Source: Octopus sinensis
Taxonomy: Eukaryota
Reading direction: 5' to 3'
DNA length: 64,000 nucleotides
Assembly (NCBI RefSeq): GCF_006345805.1
Contig: NC_043004.1
Span: 57,660,001-57,724,000 of the forward strand
Shown one piece after another: positions 1 through 13,331 of the stretch. Made by a program: the position numbers and the translations under genes. Under the pieces are notes generated by a model. The model saw only the letters and a program-made list of their open reading frames with translations. It ran no database searches and had not been told where the DNA came from. The stretch's first letter is position 1. Each line of letters begins with the position of its first letter.

Positions 1-2437
1 AGCACACACCGGTAGAATGGTAACTGGAAAACAATAAACACTAATCATAAATAAAGCATACTTTTGTGTTGTTTAATAGTTTATGAAAATTCACATTAAA
101 GTCCTGTTCTTTATATCAGAATTGATTTAAGAACCAATTACGGCCTAAATGTATAAACTTTCCTTTATATTCGATAGTTTCTTGTATGAGTAGTCACTGA
201 CAAATGTAATCCTTTTTACGTGTATTATATTTAAGAACGGTGTCCCTATTCAACATGCAGACTGTGTTGGTGCAAAGTATTTCGGAAATACAAACGTTGA
301 CTATCATACAGTCAGTGGATATTTACAGCGTGCAGTAACATACATGTGAGTGAAATTGAATCACAGTCTACGAAATAAGTAGTTCATATATATGAGGTTT
401 GATAGTGGAAATTAAATAGAGGCCCAAAAGAGATATGAAAATTATTCCAAATTTAACTTGTATGAATGATTAATATCAGATTACACCCGAAATTAAAATA
501 TTCTTTGTAAAACTATTGCTTTCCCTCAAAATATCAACTGTTCGGCTTCCTTAGAGCAAAATATCAAATTTACTCGTGAAGAAAATTTAATAGATTATGC
601 AGCATATATGATCCTTAGGTAGGTACTAAGTCAACTGAAAGTGAGAAAATTTCTTCATTTGTTTTCATTTATATTATTATATTGGAAGTACTTAAGCGTC
701 TGTGCTTATGAAATTCTATAAATTAACATATGTATGAATTTTTGACCTCAAGTAATTAATGTATATCCACCCATCTGAGAAATCTTTCTGTCTATGTGAA
801 AGCACCACTAGTTAAACTTCTAATCGATAGCGCAATATTGACACTTTCTAATTTGCTGAGGTCATTAAATCGGCAGATTTGTTGTAAATGAGAAATGAGA
901 CAAGAGAAATGTGGTGTAGTATGTGTGGAAATATTGTTATCAGAAAATCAGAAATTCAGAAAATCCATGCCCAAACACGAAGCTTCTAACTGGAAGCATG
1001 AGCTGTTAAACAAGATACAACAGCCATATCTCCCTCAAATCAAAATTAAATTGTTGGAAAAGCACATTATATAATGTATCGATTGATATTATATTGCAGG
1101 AAAAAAATAGAGTTGTCATGGTTGGAAGGTTGTTTCATCACAAGTCTGTTTTCTTTAGTCTACCTGAAGCTGAACCAAAATAACTGGGGCTACCGTGACT
1201 AACACGCCTGGTAACTACGAGCAGACAGGTTTCTAGGAAATGCTATATATACAATGAAAATAACAGCAATAAAACAATAAGTGCTGTTACAACTGTTACT
1301 AATGAAAATAAGAACAACAATAAAATATAACGGTTATAGTGTCTAATTAAGTCTCATAGAGCTTTCGTTGTATAATCTTATATATCAATTGGTGATATTT
1401 ATTTATTGGGTAGCTTGCCAGTCAACATCTGCACAAATAACAATTACAACAGTAACAGTGACGGTGACGCCCATGACGGAGAACAACCTTAATGTAAGTT
1501 TGTTCTCCGTCCAAGAATTCTCGATTGTACATAGCTACACCAGTGGGTTTGAATTCGTGACTTACTAAGGGGGTAGAGGGGGCAATACTATACTTATTAA
1601 CAATTCATGACACTTTCAAGAAGGGACAATTAATATATGAATAAATAACTGAAGCAAAGATGGAGTATTTGTGCACAAACAAGACAGGAAGAAGAGAATC
1701 AATAAACAGAAACTAAGAAGTAACGGAAATGTGTCGCAACGGGGACGTATAATAAAATATCGAAAACAGTGACGTTTCGTTAGGAATTATCACTGCACAG
1801 ACATATAATGTTATTGATTTCTTGTATTAACACAAAGTTATAAATATGTAAGGAGTGGTTATAGAGGTTATTGCCCTGGTCCTTATCACTCTAGTGGTAT
1901 GAGATACAAAACTAACTCTGACATTAACACAATTTGAATTTAAGTAAAGCAAAACTAAATAAATTGCTTCGGTTGTTGAGGAGTCTCTCAGTGAGGAAAT
2001 CACTAATTTTTCGGTTGGACAGAATACCTCGAAATATTAATTCTGACTCTGTGGTCTTAGTTCAAATACTGCTGAGGAACCAGAGTGATGAACTGGAGAA
2101 ACTCTTAGAAGGCAGGGCAAAGTACCTTGTGCTATATACGAAGAGACAGGTACCTATCTGAATAATCTTATTTCGGTAGAGTTACCCCATGCAGTGTCGT
2201 AGAAAGAGGAAACTTAAGTGCATGAGCAATTGCTAGACTTCCTAAAATACTAGTTCTCAGTCCTGCACATATCTGTCGTATGGTAAGCAAGTTTCAGTGA
2301 CAATTAGGTAACACAATAAGTAGACAACCACTAACTCGGTCAAATTACATTAGGAAAAAACCCTAGGATGGTGCACAGTTCAACTACCCTTTATTAAGGA
2401 CTTACTCGATTCAGGATGCCCATACCAACAATAAAAG

Positions 2438-2685
2438 AATTAGCTATCAGCAATTAAATTATAACATGTTTATCCCTTGTGTCAAATTCTATGTTACCTA
2501 CTAGTCTTTGAACTCTACATTTGAGACCGATCAATGTCCTAGTTATCTAAGAAAATAGATTAAAACAAACGAAAACCGTATCCAGCGTTAACGACTTCAG
2601 GGATTTTTTTCTTTCATCACATAGTTATGATTAAATCAACTCTGTTAAAAAGAGATTACACAGTAAATCTACGCAGTCCTCAATT
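2438..2685. repeat. ~248-bp segment repeated in direct orientation at 3307-3553
   Basis: Both copies run from AATTAGCTATCA through TTTGAGACCGATCAATGTCCTAGTTA and AAACGAAAACCGTATCCAGCG to CTCAATT, with scattered substitutions. Confidence 0.9.
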
Positions 2686-3084
2686 CTCACATCTTAATTT
2701 TTTTTTATCTTCCAACGTTTTGGTCGATATGGGATTAACTTATGAGAAACACTACAACTATTCATAAGAGTATTTGTTCTGTACATTTCCGATGGGAATA
2801 TTTTGCATGTGATTTACACTTAGCAACAATATGAAGTTTGTTACGATAGCAACACTTCAGTGTATTTAGTTTCCTTAATATTTACAATCACTGTTTTGAG
2901 AGCTACAGACAGTTTGTGGGTCAGTCTTGTGTGGAAACTGCAATAATTCTTAAACACAGTACTCTATGTTTCTAATTGCATGGCATATATACCAATAGTT
3001 TAGTATTTTTTATCAGTTTATTGTAAGGTGTCATATATACAAATATACATACATGTAGATGCATACATACATATGTGTGCTATA

Positions 3085-3165
<81 letters not shown>

Positions 3166-3170
3166 TATAT

Positions 3171-3756
3171 ATATAGGAAAAATAGAAGTTGAAAATACAC
3201 TGACAATAGTTAAATATTTTTTATTAATATATTTAAAGCTTTAACTGGTTCCATAGTTTACACTGATTTTCAAACACTTCAAATGGAAAGACGTGGCTTA
3301 TGAAACAATTAGCTATCATCAATTAAATTACAACGTGTCTGCCACTTTTAACAAGTTGTGTGTTACCTAAGTGTACTTGAACTCTATATTTGAGACCGAT
3401 CAATGTCCTAGTTACCTAAGAAAATAGATTAAAATAAACGAAAACCGTATCCAGCGCTAACGACTTCAGGGATTTGTGTTTTCATCACATAGTTATGATT
3501 GAGTCAACTCCGTTGAAAAGTGATTACCCAGTAAATCTACGCTGTTCTCAATTTGAGCAATGAATTCCCTATAAAAAAAAAGGGCAAACTTCAAACACCA
3601 ATCAGAAGCAAGACAGCTGCGACATAAGTCACATCTTTCTATTTGAACTTTTCGAAAATCAGTGTAAACTGTGAAACCAGTTAAAGTTTAAAATATATTA
3701 ATAAAATATATTTTAACTATTCTCAGTGCATTTTCAACTTCTATTGTTTCCTATAT
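3171..3756. mobile_element. MITE-like element with ~130-bp imperfect terminal inverted repeats
   Basis: 3171-3302 (ATATAGGAAAAATAGAAGTTGAAAATACACTGAC...GTGGCTTATG) is the reverse complement of 3623-3756 (CATAAGTCAC...CAACTTCTATTGTTTCCTATAT). TA lies at both outer ends; no coding capacity. Confidence 0.7.
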
Positions 3757-3864
3757 TTCTACCCATGTGGAATAAACTATGTATATATGCCTGTATGTAT
3801 TCATTATATATATATATATATATACATACGCTCGCACATTTACACATATATGCGTGTGCATGTA

Positions 3865-3947
<83 letters not shown>

Positions 3948-5187
3948 CGTATATATATGGATTCCACCACTGAAGAAGAAAAGACAAAAAGCTTTTAGAA
4001 TATGGTGTTAAATTGTTACCGCATTAGAAATATTTGAATTCAGTATGAAAAGATTGAACGTCACCAAGAAGACGAGAAAACTGTAACAATCGGTAAAATC
4101 AGAAAGAAAATGAAAGCGTACGCGCACGCGTGTGCGAGCGAGCAAGTGATGAAGAGAGAAAAGCAAGTGAAAGAGGGAGGGGAGAGAAAGAAGGTGAGAG
4201 AAAATGAAGAGGAGAAGAGAAAGGGGAGAGAAAGAAAAAAGAAAGAAATATAAAGATGAATGGAAAAGAAAGAAAGATAAAAAGGCAGCCAAAGTGATAT
4301 GTTTGCGATGATGTTTTAAAAGAAAGCTAATGTTTCATTATAGATTTCCAGCTAATCAAATTTATCTGTTATTTCAATAAACAATTCCATCATTGATTAG
4401 TGACGAAGTGGTATAAGAGAGAAGATGTTCTTGATGTCGTTATTTAAAATGGAGCTTAGCATTTGTTATTAAGATTTTAAAACTGAGTTCGCATTTGTTA
4501 AAAATATAGCGGCAAGAGATTAATATTTCTATCGTGAATCTGATTGAAAATAGAATAAAATAAATTGAAATTCATACCAAAACAATTCGAAAGAGCAGTT
4601 GTAATGAGGCCTACACTGATTGGTTTGTGGATTAATATTTCATTCAGAACATGCCAATTTTGGTGGAATTCAGAATTAAACTAGCACAAATATATAGTTA
4701 ATCGAAATTATCTCCAAAGGGCTGATGTAGTTTAGCCAGAGAATGGTTAATTCAGAAGATAAAATGGACCATAATTTGTTTACAAAAAGCACAGAACTTG
4801 CCACACATGTAAACCTTGTATGGGATATATAAGTAATAATTTAAAATGTGTATGAGGAAAAAAAGCAAATTTAGAAATGCAATTAATATAGAATAAAATC
4901 TTACACCACAGATTATACTGACGTATACGAAATATAGAGGGTTACTAAAAGTAACAATTATATATAAATAAATTAATGTTATTTAAAAAGTAAATAAAAA
5001 ATGACATAATAAATAAAAAAAAGTAAGAGATAACTGTAGTGAACAGAAAAATTAACGAAATGAAGAAAATTTATAATCATGTGCTTATAATAATTATAAA
5101 TATATAATGATGATACCAACAACAGCAATAATGGTTCTAGGGTATAATTTATAAATATCTAATACATTGTACTTCCTTTTCGACAAA

Positions 5188-5440
5188 TCACATGATTTTG
5201 ACATGAGAGTCGGTATCCTTGAGATTAGTAGAGTATAGTCTGTATTATCTGAATATTGGTTATCACACTGCCGCTATATTGGATATCATACTGGCAAGAA
5301 GGGATAAACATCCCTTTGTGAGTCATCCCAATATTGCAGTATCGCTTCATGATGATGATGATCAACCGGACATCCAGGGATAATACGGTGTATACTGCAC
5401 TAATCTCAAGGATACCGACTCTGATGACAAAAGCATGTGA
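5188..5440. repeat. Degenerate ~250-bp palindrome (fold-back)
   Basis: The outer arms TCACATGATTTTGACATGAGAGTCGGTATCCTTGAGATTAGT and ACTAATCTCAAGGATACCGACTCTGATGACAAAAGCATGTGA are near-complementary. Weaker complementarity continues inward to the central AAGGGA-taaaca-TCCCTT hairpin. Confidence 0.75.
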
Positions 5441-5776
5441 TATGTAGAAACATACGTAGAGATGTTTTAATTATGTATAAATTAATTCCTAGAATTATTG
5501 TTATTATTTGTACCCTACATAATATTGGAATAACTGTGATGCAACGCCGAAAAACTGGCTTCCTAATCAGTATCATTACACGGTAGCACAATTAAATTGA
5601 AGCTTTATTTGCATACCTTTCAACGGACTTCATTCGCATACCCATAAAAGGTATGTATATATATATATATATATACCGGAGTAAATACATAAATGTGAAA
5701 CAAGGTGGATAAAAGAGTACTCAAATACCAGTGGTAGAGTAATATGCTTTATTTAAAGCAGCAGAAAATTCTAGCA

Positions 5777-5823
5777 AAAACTGTCTGATGAACGGCAACA
5801 AGAAACTCAGAGTAACGGATTTT
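5777..5823 (+). ncRNA. Minimal type I hammerhead ribozyme motif (helix II weak or decayed)
   Basis: AAAACTGT-CTGATGA(5785-5791)-acggcaacaa-GAAA(5802-5805)-C-TCAGA-GTA(5812-5814)-ACGGATTTT. It lies inside a 29-bp inverted repeat (5743-5771/5827-5855) flanked by (TA)n. Confidence 0.55.
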
Positions 5824-5882
5824 GTTGAATTTTCTGCTGCTTTAAATAAAGTATATATATATATATATAGACACACAAACAG

Positions 5883-6302
5883 TTATGATGGGATTTTGTT
5901 CCACCAAGGTTTGCAGAACGTCCACGTCGAGCTCTATAGATCTTTCAGGACAAGCCTCGCCTTCTAGGCTTGTATTTTCCGGCTCGGAATTTCTAGAACC
6001 ACCGTTGACACTGGCTTATGCTTATTGTCCGATCCCCTTATACTGCATTAATATTTCTCGTACTTTCCATTGCGTTGTTGCCTTTATTGAACTCATAAAG
6101 CAAAATATGCCGAATATACTCCTTTTTCACTTTCATTATAACTTTGGAAAAAATAAAATCTTCAAAACTTGCACTAAGAATAAATGCAAGGTAAAATTAC
6201 TACCTGCTTTTATAGCAAGTTGATGCAAGTAGTTTATCCCGTCCCCCTCCGACTTTTAGCTCACGTAATTGAGAAAAACTGTATCATTTATGAGATGACT
6301 CG
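5883..6302 (-). mobile_element. Tc1/mariner transposon 5' fragment (disabled transposase N-terminal HTH region)
   Basis: The minus strand from ATG at 6136 reads MKVKKEYIRHILLYEFNKGNNAMESTRNINAV*GDRTISISQCQRWF*KFRAG, then after a frameshift NTSLEGEACPERSIELDVDVLQTLVEQNPIIT. This matches the mariner-type pattern (WF.KFR.G..SLED..R.GR). The putative terminus at ~6302 abuts TA. Confidence 0.85.
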
Positions 6303-6340
<38 letters not shown>

Positions 6341-6581
6341 CAAAGATAGTTAGAGATTGTGAATTCAACCAACTAAAAGCTAGTATCTATCCAATACACA
6401 GCTGGTAATATACCCAATTATTAATACACAAGTGTTGGTTATTGCGTGGACATTACACTATTGAGCGCAATAAATGGGCGAGGGTAAAAAGTGGTTTAAC
6501 GTTAATTCCTATGGCAAGAAGCAAATGGAGGGGATCCAGAGATAGTATGCATCAACTGTTAGGCATTATATTATGTCTATT

Positions 6582-6733
6582 TCACGTGATCACGTGACCG
6601 ACCAGACTATCAGATGTTGCTACACATCACTGGTCACAATGCGTTCGCCTTGTTTTAGCCTTCGAATGACGCCACCTCGCTGGCTAAGTGAGTAGGCCAA
6701 CAGAAGAGTGAGAGAAAGAGTACAGCAGGTATC
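6582..6733 (-). mobile_element. tRNA-derived SINE family B, 3' fragment
   Basis: Reverse complement matches the 3' half of the full copy at 60951-61262 (GGCGTCATTCGAAGGCTAAAACAA...CATCTGATAGTCTGGTCGGTCACGTGA). Confidence 0.85.
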
Positions 6734-8479
6734 ACAACTCTCATGGGCGCTCCATTCGAGCGCCCACATCAACATCACAGTAATTGCTCTTTTCTCCTCC
6801 TTTGTACCGCCACACCTAGAATAACATCTACATCAACAATTACTCCTCTCTGATAATATTAGATGCTGTGAATGGTTCTCCTGACCGAAGAGAATATTGT
6901 TCAGCACAGATAAGTAAGCTAAAATGTAGCTTATATAGAAACGGATTTGATGTTTTAAAACGAATAACACATTTCAGAAAGCACCTGAGAGGTCAATCTT
7001 AGAAATAAGTTAAAGACTTAGGCTAGTGCTGATTTCCATAGCAGTGTTTCTCTGTCTTACTGAGAAGATACTTTCACCATAACATCGATATTGTATGACG
7101 TTCAGTGGAATCATTTTTAAACTATCATATTTCACATCACCTAAATTTATTCAAAATAGTTTCTTCTCTATTGAAACACGTCCATGTTATCACTATCATT
7201 AATACTCGTTTTGAACTAACACTACCGCAAAAATGTATAAACGAAAGTTTTTATGTGTCAATATATTCAAATTACGATACAGTTAGCATATTAATATTTT
7301 TTGTAACCGGGAAATTCATATATAGGATTTAAAGAGTAATAGCATGCTTTCAACTTGTAAACTTCTAACAATAGGTCCTCCTACTAAATTACAACAGAAA
7401 CTTTCGTATACGCATCGATAGGCATTTCCTTCCTAACAGACATTCTGAAAGAGTGATTAAATGTCCGCAACGAACTTCTAAATCTTTTAAACATTATAAT
7501 CCGAATTTATATCCAGATAACCCTCGCAAAACAATAAACCAGAATTTATATTCTCTATACACAATTAAGACTATTTTATGTGGTATACATGAAGTGATAT
7601 ATGGACTTGACGGTATTCGAAGTAATTGTCAACTTCCCTACCACAAATGTCTCCCTAAATTTCAGTACTAATGTCTGTATGAGGCAGAATTGTTGCTATT
7701 ACCGTTCTCTTTATTGTTATTAAGGTAGTGTATTTGTGAAATCATTACATCTTTGCACAAAATATTTTATGGTATCTGTTTCGGATCCTTATCTGAATCT
7801 AATATTATTTTTCACATACTTATCTGAAGACTTAATGAGTTAATTTTGTCTAAGGTTTATATTCAATTTCATTTCTTGTATTGCACTCATTGAAATTATT
7901 AATTGTTTATATGGTGTACATTTCATATATCATCTTTTCTCAACACCGATCCCAGTCGATCTAACCTTTTCTCAACAGCTACCCCAGCCTAACTAACCTT
8001 TTCAGGAACAACGGCATGCTTATAATACCTCTGCTCTTTCGTATTAACCTGGCGTGCATTTTAATTAACTTAGAACCTTTGATTTAATTTAATTCTGATT
8101 TCAGTCAACTTAATGCACTCCAACGGAATTTGTAATTCACAGCTTACTGCTGTAAACCCTGATACACCTGTTTGATAACAATTTGGTATAAATTTCAATT
8201 ATTTTGGTTCAGATTCAAATAAGCATTTATTATTTCATTCATTTATTTGCTTCAGTTAATTGAGTGCGGTCAAGTTGGGTCACCGCCTTGAAGGGTTTTG
8301 TCGAACAAATCCACCCCGTACTTGTGTTCTTTCAAACGTGACTCTTATTCTATCTGCCCTTTTTTTCTAAAACTGCTTGGTAACGAAGACGAAAACAAAC
8401 CAATTGGTGTTGCAGGACAAACATAATTACAAAGACACATACGTACATATACATAGGTGCATACATACATACATGGTGG

Positions 8480-8985
8480 CTGCCCCCTCGTTATCGAGTA
8501 TGGCCATTCCACGAAGCTTAATCAATGTTGTTATCGTGCAATGCCTGTGCCAGAAGATTTTTTTTTAAAGTGAGGAAAGGCTGTGCACTGAGTCAATCCC
8601 ACTTACTAAGCAAAAGCAGCCATAATCCAAAAAGAAAAACAAGTCAGCATCATCGGTAACCACTGAGCCGCAGGTTTTATGTCGGAGTTATCCCAGTTAC
8701 CTTCTCCTAGAAGGATGCCCTAACAAAGGCTAGGAGTCCTTCACTCCCAATGGTTTAACCGCGCGACCGGGTATTCAGTCCGATTATTTCTATGGCCCCG
8801 CGCATGATACAGCCTTAAGACATTTATTGGATGGCCGTTGACTCTCAAGAATTCCTCCGTCTTTTGACGGGTTTCGTTTTTCATCCCGCAGTGTGTCAAA
8901 TAAACACCCTCCTCACCAAGCAAGTTTGGTGGGGTTGCCAGTTTAGTCGCCAACGACCCGACCATGCAACAGGCTGTATATACAT
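8480..8985 (-). mobile_element. GC-richer interspersed repeat, possibly an RTE/BovB-type 5' UTR-derived non-autonomous element
   Basis: Non-microsatellite block bounded by CA/TA-rich tracts. The minus strand contains CCTTCTAGGAGAAGGTAACT, which I recall as similar to RTE/BovB 5' regions. No RT motifs seen. Confidence 0.35.
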
Positions 8986-9582
8986 AGATACATACATACA
9001 TACAGCCGAACATGTCAACGGTTTCCAAGCATATCAGCACTAATATAGAAATATGAATCCATCGGCTTTTAGTTTCTAAATAATTTATAATTAATTCTAA
9101 AAGCATTATGCCAAACGGGAAGTAATATAAAATTGCTTTAATGCAGTGGCAAGGCCTGCTATTTGGTGGGTGGGAAAGTCAATCATACAGAACATTGTAC
9201 TATACTATACTATACTATATAGAACATTATACTATCAATCCTGGAAGAATTAAAGTTGAACGGCATTTGATTTGAAATCATAGTACAAAATGCTCTTAAA
9301 GGTTTGACGAAATGAGAGTGATACTGTAAAATCCAGACTTAAAATACGCATGATAATTGAATTTTCAGACTGAGTCTTTCAAGTCGATATCACAGCATGG
9401 ACGTATTCCAATAACAGAAACAAGTAGAAAAAAACTACAATAGTAAAAAATAAGCTCATGAAATGGATGCGACATATGAAAAACCTAATACAAACACATA
9501 CATATACAGGTACCCACAGACAAGTGTCTGTGTATATATAATAACGCATATATATACAGGTAAATGGATGTACATGTACCTA

Positions 9583-9639
<57 letters not shown>

Positions 9640-9717
9640 CATACGTGTGTATGTGTATATACGTGTATATATATACACACACACATATATATAAATGCAT
9701 AAATACATACATACACA

Positions 9718-9763
<46 letters not shown>

Positions 9764-10119
9764 CACATTTATATATATGTATATATAAAATGGATAGATA
9801 TGCGTACACTTGTATGTAAAACCAAATTACCCGAATCTGTAGGCGTCATATAGTTTACACTTAGTGCAAAGTAGAAGAATTAAAATGCATAAAATGCCTC
9901 GATATCAACCCTGTTGCCATATGAATTATTCAAAGCATAATTCTGCCTCGACGTTTATTAGAAAGCGACATACTAAAATCCTATAGATAATTAGAAACTG
10001 ATCACAAAATCATACGCAATACGCATATATTATATGCGATGAGGTTTCAGAGGAAATGTATTTCTTCGTGTGTATATGATGTTGCGCACAAATAATATCA
10101 TACAAAACACATACAAGTT

Positions 10120-11770
10120 TTGAAAGGGAGAGATTTATTGATACCGTCTTCCCAAGTACTTGACTGGAACTATATTTTATCGACACCGAAGGGTCGAAAG
10201 TTAAAGTTTAATTTCGGCAGATTTTGAAACTCCGACCGTAAAGATATGAAATACCGCTAGACATTTTATCCAACGATCTAACGATTACACCGGCACATAA
10301 ATAGAGACCCCCTTCGGTCATTACTGACCATGGGATTGCACCTAGAAAGTTACCCTCCATTGCACAAGTCCGGGAAAGGTTTGTGGAAGACCAGCAGTAA
10401 CCCATGCATACCGGCCTTCCCTCTCCACGCCACCAGTGTTATCCAAGGGAAAGGCAAATGCCGATACATCTTGGCACCTGTGACGTCGCAACCCATTTCT
10501 ACAGCTGAGCAAACTGGAGCAACGTGAAATAAAGTGTCTTGCTCAAGAACACAACACGCAGCCCGGTCCCGGAATCAAACTTACAACCTCACGATCGTAA
10601 CCTCGACGCTCTAACCACTAAGCCATGTGTGTCCACTAAATAATACTACTAGCAACGACAATAATAATAATTCCTTGTATGTTTGGGAGAAGTCCAATAG
10701 TATTCAGGGGACGGAGAAATCGCGTACATCAGCTGCAGTGTTTGACTGGTAATTATTATATCGAACTCGAAATGATATGATGGAAAGTAGACATCGGTGG
10801 GATTTGGACTCGAAACCTAGTTAGTCGGAAGAAAATACCGCTAGACTTTTTGTTTCCAATGCCTAATGGTTCTGTTTGCTAACTGCATTAATAATAATTA
10901 TAAAAATGGTTTCAAATTTTGGTTCTAGGCCCACAGTTTTGTGTTTGAGGTAACTCGATTATATGCACCCCAGGTCTCAACTGATAGTTATTTCAACGAT
11001 CTTGAGAGAATGATAGGCAAATTTGACCTCGGCGGAATTTGAACACAGAACCTAACGATTCAGCAGAAATTCTGATGTGTGAATGACTCTGCTAGGATTA
11101 GTAATAATGGTTTCAAATTTTGCCACAAGGGGAGCAATTTTGGGGGTTGAGATGAGTCGATTACATCAATCCCGGTATTCACCTGGTGCTTATTTTATCG
11201 ACCCCGAAATGATAAAAAGCAAAGTCGACCTCGACAGAATTTGAACTCAGAAAGTGGTGGCAACAGACGGAGTGTTAACGATTAAGCCTGCTCACCGCCT
11301 GAAATTTGAAGGAGGGGAATAGTCTATTACATCGACGTCAAGTGCTCAACTTGCATTTATTTTGTCGACCCCGAAACTATGAAACATCGACCCGGTGGAA
11401 TTTGAACATAGAACGTGATGGAGACAGACGGAATGCCGCTAAGTATTTAACACTTCGTGCTAACGATTCTGCTATCTCCCCACCTTATTATTATTATTAT
11501 TCCTAATAATCCTTTCTACTATAGGCACAAGCTCTGAAATTTGGAGGGGAGGCGGCCAGTCGATTAGATCGACCCCAGTGTACAACTGGAACTTAATTTA
11601 TCGATCTCAAAAGGGTGAAAGGCAAAGTCGACCTCGGCGGAATTTGAACTCGGAACGTAGCGGCAGACGAAATACTTGGGAAGCATTTCACCCGGCGTGC
11701 TAACGTTTCTGCCAGCTCGCCGCCTTATTAATAATAACGATAATAAGGATGATAATGATAATAATAATAA
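10120..11770 (-). mobile_element. Cluster of about six co-oriented family C SINE copies (tRNA head plus Deu/Nin-like central domain), interrupted by one family D SINE
   Basis: Repeated units on the minus strand read GGCGGCGAGCTGGCAGAAACGTTAGCACGCCGG...GAGTTCAAATTCCGCCGAGGTCGACTTTGCCTTTCA(T)CC(T)TT...GATAAATTAAG. Units are at about 10120-10300, 10640-10890, 10895-11090, 11100-11290, 11290-11500 and 11505-11725, separated by (AAT)n/(ATT)n. Confidence 0.85.
10305..10635 (-). mobile_element. tRNA-derived SINE family D
   Basis: Minus strand: TGGCTTAGTGGTTAGAGCGTCG (A box)...AGTTTGATTCCGGG (B box)...GTGTTGTGTTCTTGAGCAAGACACTTTA, a V/Meta-SINE-like central motif. Confidence 0.8.
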
Positions 11771-12249
11771 TGATAATATAATTTTTGGTGGGGAATGTAG
11801 AGAAGCTTTAAATAAAAGCATGTAAATATCTGGTTTATAAAGCCTTTTCTATAGAATACTAAAAAAACTCCACGCATACTTCGAACTCATATTTCTAAAC
11901 ATTAGAGTCGTGCTACCGATGGATCAAAGAAGTACTTCGCCACTCTCTTTGAATTTTAGAGACTTTTTCATGCCAACCAGAATTATTTACTCTTGGCATC
12001 AGAAGAGTTTATAAACTTCAAAAATATCTTGAAAGAATTATTGATTTGGAACCTTGAATTCTGAAGCAAAAAACCTAATATAAAACTTATGGAAAAAGTC
12101 GGATTTTGCAGGTACGACTCAAGCACGCAGCTCTTCTAATCATGACAGGAGTTCTTCCAAATAAGAATTCGGTTAGGTAACATATATCCTTGGTATTTTA
12201 CAGGAAATAAAAGCAATCCCATTCCTGAAGCCTGATTTGTCAGCACATA

Positions 12250-12637
12250 TCTTTATATATAAAATTGAGGTTGTGTGCTGTCTGTCTCCTACGATTCAGA
12301 TTCCTAACTACTCCTACATTTTGCGGTGCAGTTTAACCGGGTATCTTATAGTCGTGATTCATATAGAGCCCTTCTGTGTATTAGCGCGCGTCTATGATGA
12401 GTCTACGATTTTAAAAATAATTTACCATCATTTTTTTTCATTTTAATGCATTTTTGGCATATATAAGGGAAGTAACTCCCTAAAAATTTATTATTAAATC
12501 TCAGAACGTAAAAAGCTACAGTAACATCTCCCTTTGTGGTTAGCCATATTGAGATGGCTATTATACACTACATCTCTAAAAATGCTTATATAGTTATTTC
12601 CCTTACAAACCCGAGCAACGCCGGGCGAAACTGCTAG
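12250..12637 (+). mobile_element. Non-autonomous Helitron, copy 1
   Basis: Starts A|TCTTTATATATAAAA and ends with the CCCGAGCAACGCCGGG hairpin plus CTAG|T, i.e. 5'-TC, 3' hairpin-CTAG, inserted between A and T. Confidence 0.85.
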
Positions 12638-13245
12638 TAGAGAATAAATGCCTTTGATCTAAATGTTTAGTGAATATCGCATGATATTTCACAACTAGAA
12701 AATTAAAATAACGTCATCTAAGCGATATTTTCTTAATGGTAATGAGATTTGAGAAGCTTACACCTTCATCAAATCAAGATATATCTAATTAATATATTAT
12801 CTCTCTACGAAGATGTATTCTTGCTTTGCTTTTGTTTGTGAGATTATGCATATCTGTATATTTGTGCTTTCAAATGTTTTCGCTAATGTGAATTGTAATG
12901 AATACGCTGCAATTTGCATACGGAATTACTCACATGGACACACACATGCGCGCGCACACACACACCCTGATTACTAATCGGTGGTCTCATGTGAAGAGGT
13001 CTTGTTCAAATGTACTACATGGAAATGTTGATGCTCGTCTCCATTTATATCAGAATATATATATATATATTACTTTATAAAAATAGGGTTCAGTAAAATA
13101 ATTTACCGAACTTTTTTAGAAACAGCAGCCAAAAACTTAGCTGTTTCTTCTACTGTAAGAAAAATCTCCCAGACAATGCATACTCTGAAATAACTCACAC
13201 AGGTATAAGGGAAAAATAACGGAAAATCACATCTATATAAGATCA

Positions 13246-13312
13246 CCTGAGAACAAGCTTGTTTCTGGATTAGTTGACTATAAAGCTCAGCACTTCCTTC
13301 ATCAGCTCAAGG
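13246..13312 (-). ncRNA. Type I hammerhead ribozyme motif with a 10-nt palindromic helix III
   Basis: Minus strand: CCTTGAG-CTGATGA-aGGA...TCCa-GAAA-CAAGCTT-GTT-CTCAGG. Helix I is cttgag/ctcagg, helix III is the palindrome ACAAGCTTGT, and the predicted cut is between 13252 and 13251. It sits in a ~265-bp block flanked by (TA)n. Confidence 0.7.
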
Positions 13313-13331
13313 ATTTCTTCTGATTTGGATT

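Noticed and set aside
8880-8980. HDV-like ribozyme suggested by CCCTCCTCACC in the putative RTE-type element
   Set aside because: P1, P2 and P3 pairings could not be built, and the motif lies antisense to the inferred element orientation.
10640-11770. Initial reading of family C as a plus-strand LINE 3' fragment
   Set aside because: The reverse complement shows A/B boxes and a Deu/Nin-like domain, so these are minus-strand tRNA-derived SINEs.
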